Shown in pieces: positions 48,333-64,000 of a stretch of 64,000 nt of DNA; the stretch's first letter is position 1, and every line of letters begins with the position of its first letter. The translations under genes and the position numbers were made by a program. The stretch spans positions 372,001 through 436,000 of the forward strand of contig NIVC01000507.1 of NCBI GenBank assembly GCA_002269645.1. The letters run 5' to 3'. This stretch comes from Macrostomum lignano (lineage: Eukaryota). The notes beneath the pieces are model-generated. The model saw only the letters and a program-made list of their open reading frames with translations, ran no database searches and was not told the DNA's origin.

Positions 48333-51300
48333 TTACAGAGGCCGGCTCAGACGTTCAACAACCGCCCGTCGACGTTGAGCCGGTAACGCTGGGGCCGCCT
48401 CCAACAGTTGTCGGGCCAGCCTGGCAACCAGTTCCCTGACAACCTCGGGCTGGGCAGCATCTACCATAGTTAAAGCCATCGACAGCTGGTCAATAGAGGA
48501 AGCTCCAGCAGACGATGTATTGGATGGATGCTGCTGCTGCTGCTGTTGCAGTCTAACGGTGGCTCCAGCCTGGGCAATGACCGGCAGCACCAATTGCGAC
48601 ATGCTGGCCGAGCAAACGTCGCTTAGATCGCCGCCGCCGGTCGCTCCGCCAGACGACGACGACGACGAGGCGGCGATGCCGCTGTTTCGCGAGGCCAACA
48701 GGCTGGCGTTAGGTTTCGGCGCCACTTTCGGCGGCGCCGGCGCCGGTCTCCGGTTATTGTCGACGTTGGCGCCGCTATTAGCGGCGGACGCGCCGACGGC
48801 AGTCGACGACTGATGCGCCGGCGGCGAGGCCTCCTTCACGGTGCCGTCGCCGAACTTCCATTTGAAAGTGCCAGCCCGGTCGGCGCCGTCTTCGTCGATC
48901 AGCGCGTCGGCGTCATCGTCGTCGTCGTCGTCATCGTCGTCGCGGTCGCCGCCTTGGGCCTTCCAGTTTTTGAAGCGTTCGATTAACTCGACCAGGTAGG
49001 CGGTCTTCTTGGCCCGCTTGATGAATGGGAATTTTAGCAGCTCCTTGGCTGTTGGCCGCTGAGGGAATTGGGAGCGGTAAGGAGCAATAAATATGCAGCT
49101 GATTGTTTCTAGCCGCCTCTAACTGGTGAGCAACTTTGGGAAGTCGGGAGAGAAATAGATAAGAGACTTTGACAAAGAGGGAGAGAGGTAAACAAGACAC
49201 CTTGAGAAAAGGGGGAGAGAGGTAGACAAGACACTGAGGAGAGAGGTAGACAAGACACTGAGGAGAGAGGTAGACAAGACACTGAGGAGAGAGGTAGACA
49301 AGACACTGAGGAGAGAGGTAGACAAGACACTGAGGAGAGAGGTAGACAAGACACTGAGGAGAGAGGTAGACAAGACACTGAGGAGAGAGGTAGACAAGAC
49401 ACTGAGGAGAGAGGTAGACAAGACACTGAGGAGAGAGGTAGACAAGACACTGAGGAGAGAGGTAGACAAGACACTGAGGAGAGAGGTAGACAAGACACTG
49501 AGGAGAGAGGTAGACAAGACACTGAGGAGAGAGGTAGACAAGACACTGAGGAGAGAGGTAGACAAGACACTGAGGAGAGAGGTAGACAAGACACTGAGGA
49601 GAGAGGTAGACAAGACACTGAGGAGAGAGGTAGACAAGACACTGAGGAGAGAGGTAGACAAGACACTGAGGAGAGAGGTAGACAAGACACTGAGGAGAGA
49701 GGTAGACAAGACACTGAGGAGAGAGGTAGACAAGACACTGAGGAGAGAGGTAGACAAGACACTGAGGAGAGAGGTAGACAAGACACTGAGGAGAGAGGTA
49801 GACAAGACACTGAGGAGAGAGGTAGACAAGACACTGAGGAGAGAGGTAGACAAGAAAGCTTCAATTAACCAGACTCACATTCTCAGGATTTTTATCCAAA
49901 CAGGCGTTGACAAAATCTTGAAAAACTTTGGAATAATTGCCAGTGAGTTGAGGCGACGGATTCTTCGGTATGAGGAACAGCACTCGCATAGGATGCAGCT
50001 CGGAGTTCGGCGGCTCGCCTTTAGCCAGCTCAATAGCCGTAATGCCTAGCGACCAAATGTCGGCTTTAAAATCGTATTCGCTCTGTTTAATCACCTCCGG
50101 TGCCATCCAGAACGGCGTGCCAACAAAGGTCACCCGCTTTGAGGTGGTGTTGGTCAGCTGCCCAGCAACGCCGAAATCTGCCAGTTTAACGTCGCCATTG
50201 TCGCTAAGCAGAATATTAGCTGCCTTAATATCGCGATGGAGTTTCCTCTCCGAGTGCAAATAATCCAGGCCTTTTAATATCTCACGCAATATGATGGCGA
50301 TGTACTGCTCGTCTGGCAGGCCGGCTTTGATGAGGTCCAGTGCGGAACCACCGCCCAGGTACTCCATGATGATCCACAGCTTGGTGCCGCGCAGGTAGGA
50401 GCCGAAATATCTGCGGATTGGGAATCCGATGGCTTAGTGAGCTTATTAAATTGGTACGATTAAATGCGCGCTTACACTACTTGAATTGCGTCAGTAGTAT
50501 GCTTGCAATTTGGCAAAAAGAACTTTATAACTGACACAAAAACAGATAGGCACGAAACAGAGTAGCCAATTATTCTATCTGGCCCAGCAACTGAGGATCT
50601 AGGAGGCTGGTGGACCAGCTACCGAGGATCTGGAAGGCTGGTGGCCTAGCAATTGAGGATCTGGGAGGCTGGTGGCCTAGCAACTGAGGATCTGGGAGAC
50701 TGGCCTAGCAACTGAGGATCTGGGAGACTGGCCTAGCAACTGAGGATCTGGGAGGCTGGCCCAGCAACTGAGGATCTGGGAGGCTGGCTCAGTAACTGAC
50801 ACTCTGAGAGGCTGGCCCAGCAACTGAGGATATGGGAGGCTGGCCCAGCAACTGACACTCTGGGAGGCTGGCCTAGCAACTGGGGATCTGGGAGGTTGGC
50901 CTAGCAACTGAGGATCTGGGAGGCTGGCACAGCAACTAAGGATCTGAGAGGCTGGCCCAGCAACTGAGGATCTGGGAGGCTGGCCTAGCAACTGGGGATC
51001 TGGGAGGTTGGCCTAGCAACTGAGGATCCGGGAGGCTGGCCCAGCAACTGAGGATCTGGGAGGTTGGCACAGCAACTGAGGATCTGGGAGGCTGGCCCAG
51101 CAACTGAGGATCTGGGAGGCTGGCCCAGCAACTGAGGATCTGGGAGAGTGATTCCGAGACCCCATCCAACAGGGTTCACTAAAGAAAGCCTGCTCACTTG
51201 GTAATGTAAGGGGAGTCGCACTGTGACAGCACGTTAATCTCCTGCTGAATATCCTCGATCTCGTCCTCCTCCTCTTCCAGATCGATAATCTTGATGGCGA

Positions 51301-51436
51301 CAATCTCCTTGGTTCGCCGATCGATGCCTTTGAACACTTCGCCGAAGCTGCCCTTGCCGATTCGTTCCATCTTGTCGTAGATGGACTCCGGGTCCGTGTT
51401 CTGGGCTCGGATGCTGATCGGCATTCCGGAAGGCAT
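48333..51436 (-). CDS. GCKIII Ste20-family kinase (STK24/STK25/STK26-like), 498 aa
   Basis: Exons 51436-51198, 50410-49879 and 49058-48333, phases 2/0. [48 protein letters not shown]; C-terminal helical region like the PDCD10-binding domain. Confidence 0.95.
49190..49856. repeat. Near-perfect 24-bp minisatellite gagaggtagacaagacactgagga
   Basis: About 27 identical units in kinase intron 2. Confidence 0.98.
50580..51148. repeat. 28-bp minisatellite in kinase intron 1
   Basis: About 20 units, same family and orientation as 46845-47140. Confidence 0.95.
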
Positions 51437-51589
51437 CGGGTAGGCGAATGTCTGTTTGCTGGCGCTTGCTTGTTGCTGTTGTCTGTTTGCAGAGTAGCTA
51501 ACTTGGTGCGTAGGGTCACTTGGTGCGTTGTGTCAGGGTGCGAAGTTTCACATATCCAACTGCAATGGGCGGGTGCGATCCGTCAATCA

Positions 51590-51965
51590 ATCTAATCTTC
51601 GCGAATCTTCTCTCAATCTAATTTCTGCGAATCTTCTCGCAATCTAATCTCTGTGAATCTACTCTCAATCTAATCTCTGCGAATCTACTCTCAATCTAAT
51701 CTCTGCGAATCTACTCTCAATCTAATCTCTGCGAATCTTATCTCAATCTAATCAGTAAGAATCTTTTCTCAATCTAATCCCTGCAAATATCTCAATCTAA
51801 TCTCGAAGTCTCTCAATCTAAACTATGCAAATCTTTTAATATAACTTCAGCGAATATTTCAATCTAAACTATGCAAATCTCTTAGTCTAATATCTAGTAG
51901 TTTTTTAGTCTTATCTCTAGGAATCGCTCAGTCTAATCTTTAGAGATCTCTTAGTAATCTAATCT
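51590..51965. repeat. Degenerating ~26-bp repeat tctcaatctaatctctgcgaatctac
   Basis: Tandem units upstream of the kinase ATG. Confidence 0.85.
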
Positions 51966-52496
51966 TGTAACATCTGTTATTACATCCTATATCACCTATT
52001 TATTAATATTTTAGAATAAGAAGTAGATTAATTGCAGGATCAACGCCTGCTAACAACAGTTGTTATAAATATTTATTTAAGATAATAAAGCTGACAGAAG
52101 GGATTAATTCAGTCTGCTGGACAATTCAATTCAAATTATTGCTTGCTACCAAAAAATGGCGATGTTTTAAAATGATTTACTTCGAATAGTACTCGTAATA
52201 GTGCGTGCAGCTGAATATTACAGATAAACTAATTTTCTAAAAAAAACTACAGGAGACCTAATTTGGTATGATAATGATTTTTAAGGTTGGTTGTAAATTC
52301 TTTGTTTTTAAGAGATCGAGTGGCGAAGGGGCAAAGCCAGTAGTAGGGTGGCGAAAAAATAAGCAAAATTAACCAAAAAATAATTGTTTATTTGTCAACG
52401 GTTTCATCAAAAGTCAGAGAAGGAATCATTGTCTTCTGCAGATCGAGCTGAAAAAATATATAAAAAAACAAAAATTTAATGCAAGCAATGCAACTA

Positions 52497-52706
52497 GAGA
52501 CACTCCTAAATCACTATAGAGACACTCCTAAATCACTATAGAGACACTCCTAAATCACTATAGAGACACTCTTAAATCCCTATAGAGATACTCCTAAATC
52601 CCTATAGAGATACTCTTAAATCCCTATAGAGACACTCCTAAATCCCTATAAAAACACTCCTAAATCCCTATAGAGACACTCCTAAATCCCTATAGAGACA
52701 CTCCTA
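52497..52706. repeat. 22-bp minisatellite tagagacactcctaaatcccta
   Basis: About 9 units. Confidence 0.93.
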
Positions 52707-52858
52707 AGTTCCATTAGAATAAAAAATCGAGAACTTACACAAAGCATACAAATTGCAAGTACTTACCCTGTCTAATCTAAATAACAGCACAAACTACAGA
52801 GACAAACTACTAATCAAAGCTTGCTGGCAGTAGTAGAGTCGGTCCCAGACCCATGCAG

Positions 52859-54056
52859 TCAATTGGGACAGATGCCAATAACGCCGCAGGCTAGGCGACC
52901 GCCAGCATTGCCGGTTGTCTTGCTGAGCTCGTGGCCACCGCGGCCAAGATCGTCAGTATCGGCGTGTACAACCAGACTGCGGCCGATGATGGAGTTGGGG
53001 CCGGTCAGGTTGATCAGCTTGTCGGTGATTTCTACGCCAGCCTGCATGTTGAAAAACAAATGCGGGGAGTACGGCATACTACTGGGAGTAGTGTCACTTC
53101 TCTTTAGGAGAAATGGGAAGAGAATGGGAATTATGTCAAATGAAGTTGGGGATTAAGTTGGGGAAGAATTCATTATTGAGGCAATTGAAGGGAAATTCTC
53201 AAAGTTGGGAATCGGAATGGAGAATTATCAAACTGGGGGATTGTAAAATGGGGAAAATTGGGGAATTGTAGGATGGGGATTTCTGAAATGGGAATTGTAG
53301 AAATGGGGAATTTTTTAATAGGAGAATTGTAGAAATGGGGAATTTTCTAATGGGAGAATTGCAGGGATGGAAATTCTCAAATGGGGGAATCGAGATAGGA
53401 AATTCTCAAACAGGGAAATCGGGATAGGTCCGAATTCTCAAATGGTAATTATAGGGATGGGGATGCCTGAAAATTAGGGAATTGTAAGAATGAGGAATAC
53501 TAACATTGGGGAATTGTAGGAATGGGGAATTGTAGGAATATGGAATTGTAGGAATGGGGAATTCTCAAACGGAGAAATCGAGATGAGAAATTCTAAAACG
53601 GGGAATCGAGATGGGGAATTCTCAAACGGGGAATCGAGATGGGGAATTCTCAAACGGGGAATCGAGATGGGAAATTCTGAAACGGGGAATCGAGATGGGG
53701 AATAGAGTAGTCAGGGAAAGGTTTCGAAAAGGAAATCAAGCCAGGTACGAGTGTTTCCCGCATTGTCAAACACTCACCCTGCCGGAAGCGTCGGCCTCAA
53801 CGTTGCCCAGATCCCCGACGTGCCTCTCCTCGTCGTCCGGAGCGCCGTGGGTCCGTTTGCACGGATTGAAATGAGCGCCAGCCGACACGCAGCCGTTCGT
53901 ATTGTCGCCAAATTCGTGCACGTGAAAGCCGTGCTTGCCGGGCGCCAGGCCTTCGACAGAGCCGGTCACCTTGACAACGTCGCCAGCCTGCTCGAAGTGC
54001 AGTGTGCCGCTAACTCCGGCGTCCCCCTTGAGTACGCAGACAGCTTTTAGAGACAT
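52859..54056 (-). CDS. SOD1: Cu/Zn superoxide dismutase, cytosolic, 153 aa
   Basis: Exons 54056-53778 and 53041-52859, phase 0. [31 protein letters not shown] and [12 protein letters not shown]. Confidence 0.98.
53110..53720. repeat. Purine-rich degenerate repeat (ggggaattctcaaac...) in the SOD1 intron
   Basis: Repeated GGGGAA/ATTCTC motifs, about 28-bp period near 53560-53700. Confidence 0.8.
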
Positions 54057-54179
54057 GATGACGTAATATCTTGTTTGATTGTTTCAACGAAACTGAAGAT
54101 AGGTCAATTATTTATGTTTAGATAAATAATCTCCCAATAACGTATAAAAATATTCACTTATTTTAATTTCTAAAATTTC

Positions 54180-55150
54180 AGGCTTCACACTCGCTAATTC
54201 ACAGGCTCCACATTCCTAAACTCACAGGCCTTACATTTATGGATTTACATGCTTCTCATTTGTTTATTTACAGGCCTCACATTCCCTGGTTCAGAGGCTT
54301 CACATTCCCTGATTCACAGGCCTCACATTCCCTGATTCAGAGGCTTCACATTCCCTGATTCACAGGCCTCACATTCCCTGATTCAGAGGCTTTACATTCC
54401 CTGATTCACAGGCTTCACATTCCCTGATTCACAGGCTTCACATTCATGGATTCACAGGCCACACATTCATTGATTTACAGACTTCACATTCCTTGATTCA
54501 GACAGACTTCACATTACTTTATTCACACAGAATTCATATTCCTTAATTCACACAGAATTCACATTCCTTAATTCACACAGACTTCACATTCCTTAATTCA
54601 AACAGAGTTCATATTCCTTGATTCACACAGACTTCACATTCCTTAATTCACACAGACTTCACATTCATGGATTCACACAGACTTCACATTCCTTAATTCA
54701 CACAGACTTCACATTCATGGATTCACACAGACTTCACATTCCTTAATTCACACAGACTTCACATTACTTTATTCACACAGAATTCATATTCCTTAATTCA
54801 CACAGAATTCACATTCCTTAATTCACACAGACTTCACATTCCTTAATTCAAACAGAGTTCATATTCCTTGATTCACACAGACTTCACATTCCTTAATTCA
54901 CACAGACTTCACATTCATGGATTCACACAGACTTCACATTCCTTAATTCACACAGACTTCACATTCATGGATTCACAGGTCACATTTACTGATTTACAGG
55001 TCACATTCACTGATTTACAGACTTCATATTCCTTGATTCACACAGACTTCACATTCATTGATTCACAGGCTTCATATTCCTTTATTCACAGGCTTCACAT
55101 TTATCGATTCACAGGCTTCACATTCCTAGATTCACATTCCTTGATTGACA
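54180..55150. repeat. ~23-25-bp minisatellite cacagacttcacattccttaatt
   Basis: About 40 units between SOD1 and GPI. Confidence 0.93.
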
Positions 55151-56705
55151 GCCTGTTACAGGCTCCACAGACTGTTCGGGACATACCCTAAAACTTTTAC
55201 TAATTAATAGAGAACTACACAGATAAAAAATAAATGAAGTCCAAGAACGCAGGTAGTCCAGTATTAATGAGCCAAATGAGCTGGGCGGTGAAGGGTGTGC
55301 CAAAAAAACCTGAAAAATTGCCTCTAGAAAAGACTGAACTTTAATATAAGCATTAATTATTAATTAAGACAGGTAAACGATGGATGATGCGCATCTAAGA
55401 CTAAATATAAGGACAGCGGACTAAAGCTACTGATTAGTACAAATGTGTATTATATAGGCTAATTATTTAAAAAAACCGTGCTCAAAATAGATTTGATAAT
55501 TCAAAAGCTAAGTATCTGTCTCAGCAGAAATTTGTAGAAGCTATAAATATTATGTATATGGCAGGTGCAAACGGCAGAATTAAGAGATTAAAGCGCTAAG
55601 GGCAAATGTAGCGCTACGAGTATGAGTAGTATAAAGCAGGTATTCTTGCTATCATTAATTGTGTTTGATCTGAAAATGATTTAGAAAACCTAGTAAACTG
55701 CTTGCAAAAACTATCCAGCACCGGATTGCTAAATATTGAAATGAAGTGAAACAAAAAGCCAAGCTTTACTAACTTCTCAAGCTAAACTTTCAAGTGTAAA
55801 TAAAATAGAACACGAAAGTGAAAAAAAGTAGAAACACACAAGGGTTGTATGCTGTGCGATATCGCTAATCTCTACGTCAGGATCGGCAAACTCCCGATCG
55901 CGGGTGACATGCGGCCCTCTAAGACGCTTGTCTCTCTGGCCCGCATTCATTCCCTGCTCTATAGGCAAAGAAGAAGTAATACTAAATTTATGAAAGTAAT
56001 TAAAAATGGATTATTATAGTCTTTAGGTATTTAGGCATTATTTAGCGATATTTTAATAACTATTAAAGATCAATACACCGAAACTTGAAGCAGCTAAGGG
56101 AAGTAGTTGTTGTGACAAAATGAATAACAGAATACAATTTTTAAAAACCACCTTAAAACCGCACAGTAATCTGATAGATAAAGCAAACTTAGAGTTCAAG
56201 AAGCTCTATTGTAGGTTGGAAAGTTTTATAATCTATCATCATTAGTAAATGTCTATTTTCCAAATTAGTAAGCTAACAGCGGTTCTAGGTGTACTATTAA
56301 TAACTAGCTAATATTTTTGTTGGCTAGGACGAAAAACGATCACAAAAACCAACTAAACAAACAAACAAATAAATAAAATTGCCTACTGAGAAAAAGCTAT
56401 TAAAAATGTCCTAGCTTGCTACTATTAGTAGGAGAATTATAAAACGAATTCAAAATAGCGTTTAATAATACTCCTAACAAAAAAGCCCAATAACGAATTA
56501 ACAGTAGGAATACCATTACATTATTCCATTCAATTATTAGTTCTTTCTTTTAGAAAAGGTAATTTTTTATTGCTGCAACACAAATGTTTTGCTACTGTTA
56601 ATTCATTTATTAATTTGGTGAAAATTAATGGTGAAAAAGAAACTTTTTTGATGCAATTTTTTTTTCAATTCCGTTGATAGTCAGTTCATTAACATATCCA
56701 AGCAG

Positions 56706-61474
<4,769 letters not shown>

Positions 61475-61999
61475 TCTTCTTCTATCGAATATACTAGTTC
61501 TTAGTTCGGATTATATAATAATAAAGGAAACACAGTTTGACATTAATGATTTAAAAGGCACTAGAAATGACAACAGTGAAAGTGTGACAATCTCTGTTGT
61601 AATAGCCAAGTGTTATCTTAGCCAATAGACCTTAACTTTGAAGAATGGTTTAAAAATATATTTTATACTTGTGTTAAACTACAGAGAAGCATTGTATTTT
61701 CATATTTCTCTTTTAGAGTTTTTACATAGCTAGTATTTTTTTAAAGTTATTTATGCAAAAGATATACACAGTATCTAAATTCAAGTATATTCTAACGCAA
61801 TCTAGACTGATGGCTACAAAAAATTATACAATGATAATAATGAATAGTAGAAAGAAACTAGCAATCTTCGCCCCCCGTTGGGGGACATCTGGATAGAATC
61901 TCTATTCTCTACAAGTAACAAAAAGACAGCCAAATAAAGCCTTCACAAAGACAACAGACAAACTGCTCAAATAAAGTGTAATGCAAAAAGAAATCATCC

Positions 62000-62165
62000 C
62001 AAGACAGCAAGCATCCCCCAGATTGCAAGCATCCCCCAGATTGCAAGCATCCCCCAGATAGCAAGCATCCCCCAGATAGCAAGCATCCCCCAAATAGCAA
62101 GCATCCCCCAAATAGCAAGCATCCCCCAGATAGCTAGCATCCCCAAATAGTAAGCATCCACCAGA
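62000..62165. repeat. 18-bp minisatellite agcaagcatcccccagat
   Basis: About 9 units. Confidence 0.93.
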
Positions 62166-62261
62166 CAATAAGTAGCTAGTGCAACAATTTCCTTAGCTCT
62201 ATAGTGACTCCTTTAAAATTGGCATGACGCTTAATTTTATGTTTGAAATTGTGTATATTTT

Positions 62262-63015
62262 GTTTGACATGGTGGCTCTTTAATGTTTGACAATTGACAT
62301 GGTGGCTCTTTTATGTTCTACATGGTGGCTCTTTTATGTTTGATTCGGGGTTTTTTAATGTCTGATATGGTGTCTCTTTAATGTTTGACATAGTGGCTCT
62401 TTTATGTTTGACATGATGGCTCTTTAATGTTTGACATGTTGGCTCTTTTATGTTTGATTCCGGGTTTTTTAATGTCTGATATGGTGTCTCTTTAATGTTT
62501 GACATAGTGGCTCTTTTATGTTTGACAATGTGGCTCTTTAGTGTTTAAAATGGTGGCTCTTTAATGTTTGACATGGTGGCTCTTTAATGTTCGACATGGT
62601 GGCTCTTTCTTGTTAGACATGGTGGCTCTTAAATGTTTTAAATTGTGGCTCTTTAATGTTTGACATGTTGGCTCTTTTATGTTTGACATGGTGGCTCTTT
62701 TATGTTTGACATGATGGCTCTTTTATGTTTAACATTTTGGCTCTTTTATGTTTGACATGGTGGCTCTTTAATGTTTGACATGGTGGCTCTTTAATGTTTG
62801 GCATGATGGCTCTTTGATGTTTGACATGGAGTCACGAATATACTTGACATGGTGACTTGTTAATGTTAGACATGATGGCTCTTTTATGTTCAACATGGTG
62901 GCTCTTTAATGTTCGACATGGTGGCTCTTTAATGTTAGACATGGTGGCTCTTTAATGTTCGACATGGTGGCTCTTTAATGTTCGACATGGTGGTTCTTTA
63001 ATGTTTGACATTGTG
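62262..63015. repeat. 21-22-bp minisatellite tttgacatggtggctctttaatg
   Basis: About 33 units. Confidence 0.95.
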
Positions 63016-64000
63016 GCTCATTGTGATATTGTAGGTACATAGTGTAGTAGGGCAGTATTTTAGGAATGGGAATTAGTAGTGAAGCAGATATGCTTTTTGC
63101 CTACTGTCAGTAGTTTAGGTTTGGGAAAGTAATTAGAGCGGGGGAAAATCGCTAGTTTTCGGGATTCTCTAGAAGTATAGAACAGTTTGGGGCTTGGGAA
63201 AGCAGACTTGTTAGTTAGTTTTATTTCCGACTGACTGGTGGCAGAGCTCAGAAATTAGGAAAGGTAAGAGGCAGGGAATATTGGGAAATTTTAAGTAAAA
63301 CTGTCGAGGTAGTTGATGCCGAAGCAGTACACCTACAGGTAGTTGATGCCTAACATTTTTGCACCAACCATTGCATGCTGTTTTCATTTTGTTTCCTTTT
63401 GAAGTATAAAACTTTTGTTAAACAATTTGGTTTTCCTGAGTCAATCCTTTGTCTCTACAATAATAGGACTAGGGAACAGGAAGCCTGGTGGCAGCGATTC
63501 TACCAAATCTCAAATCAGTACAGCAGATAATAATCCACTAGTAAAATCCTTAGTAGCAAATAGATCAACCAGTAGCCTAAACCGCGAGGAAGCGCCCATT
63601 CCAATAGTTTTGATTTTTAGTATATAGGATATATTCAAATTGTTTTTTTATTCTAGATGCAGTACATCTTTATGCCATTTTGGAATGAACGTATACCTTG
63701 TTAACAATGTCTTAGCAAACATGCAGTTCCAAAAAGTTACAAAGATAAGAAAAAGCTAATCAAAGAAATATTTACTATTGATTATCATTGACAAGATGTA
63801 AGTGTTGTAAGTTTAAGAACACAAATATAAATGCAACAAATTGTAGAATATTTGAACTATTCAATAGTCTAATATGACACTCATATGCCATGTAGCCCAG
63901 GGTTGATTGCAAGCAATTACATTAATTTGGGGCTAAATAAGAATTTTGGAATGGGACTACCCATATAATTAGCAACCTTGAAGGCCAATCCCTAGACATA

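Noticed and set aside
49109-49864. Long repetitive ORFs (SCLPLSSV)n and (VLSTSLLS)n
   Set aside because: Translations of a perfect 24-bp intronic minisatellite.

Overview
Eukaryotic, intron-rich, satellite-rich animal DNA with GT-AG introns and no prokaryotic features. The mix of GC-rich exons, minisatellite-filled introns and many DNA transposons resembles the flatworm Macrostomum; that species call is inference only. Spliced gene models reconstructed by hand with consistent phases: two small WSC-domain proteins (+), a GAPR-1/GLIPR2-like CAP protein (-), three broken paralogs of a secreted Cys-rich/LamG-like protein, a PRC1/Ase1/MAP65 gene (+, 10.4 kb first intron, one frameshift), SAR1 (-), a 140-aa single-pass membrane protein (-), a GCKIII kinase (STK24/25/26-like, -), SOD1 (-) and GPI (-). 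Mobile DNA: I-group LINE, RTE fragments, DIRS-like remnant, SINEs, a solo LTR, two related mariner copies and several non-autonomous TIR elements with readable TSDs, including a three-level nest. Best leads: (1) a strong CpG-decay signature distinguishing an intronic mariner copy from its intergenic relative; (2) nested and adjacent transposon insertions; (3) a foldback paralog fusion; (4) a PRC1 with an apparently shortened rod domain; (5) splice acceptors just upstream of many start codons, possibly SL trans-splicing or an operon-like SOD1/kinase/GPI run. All coordinates and counts were read by eye.
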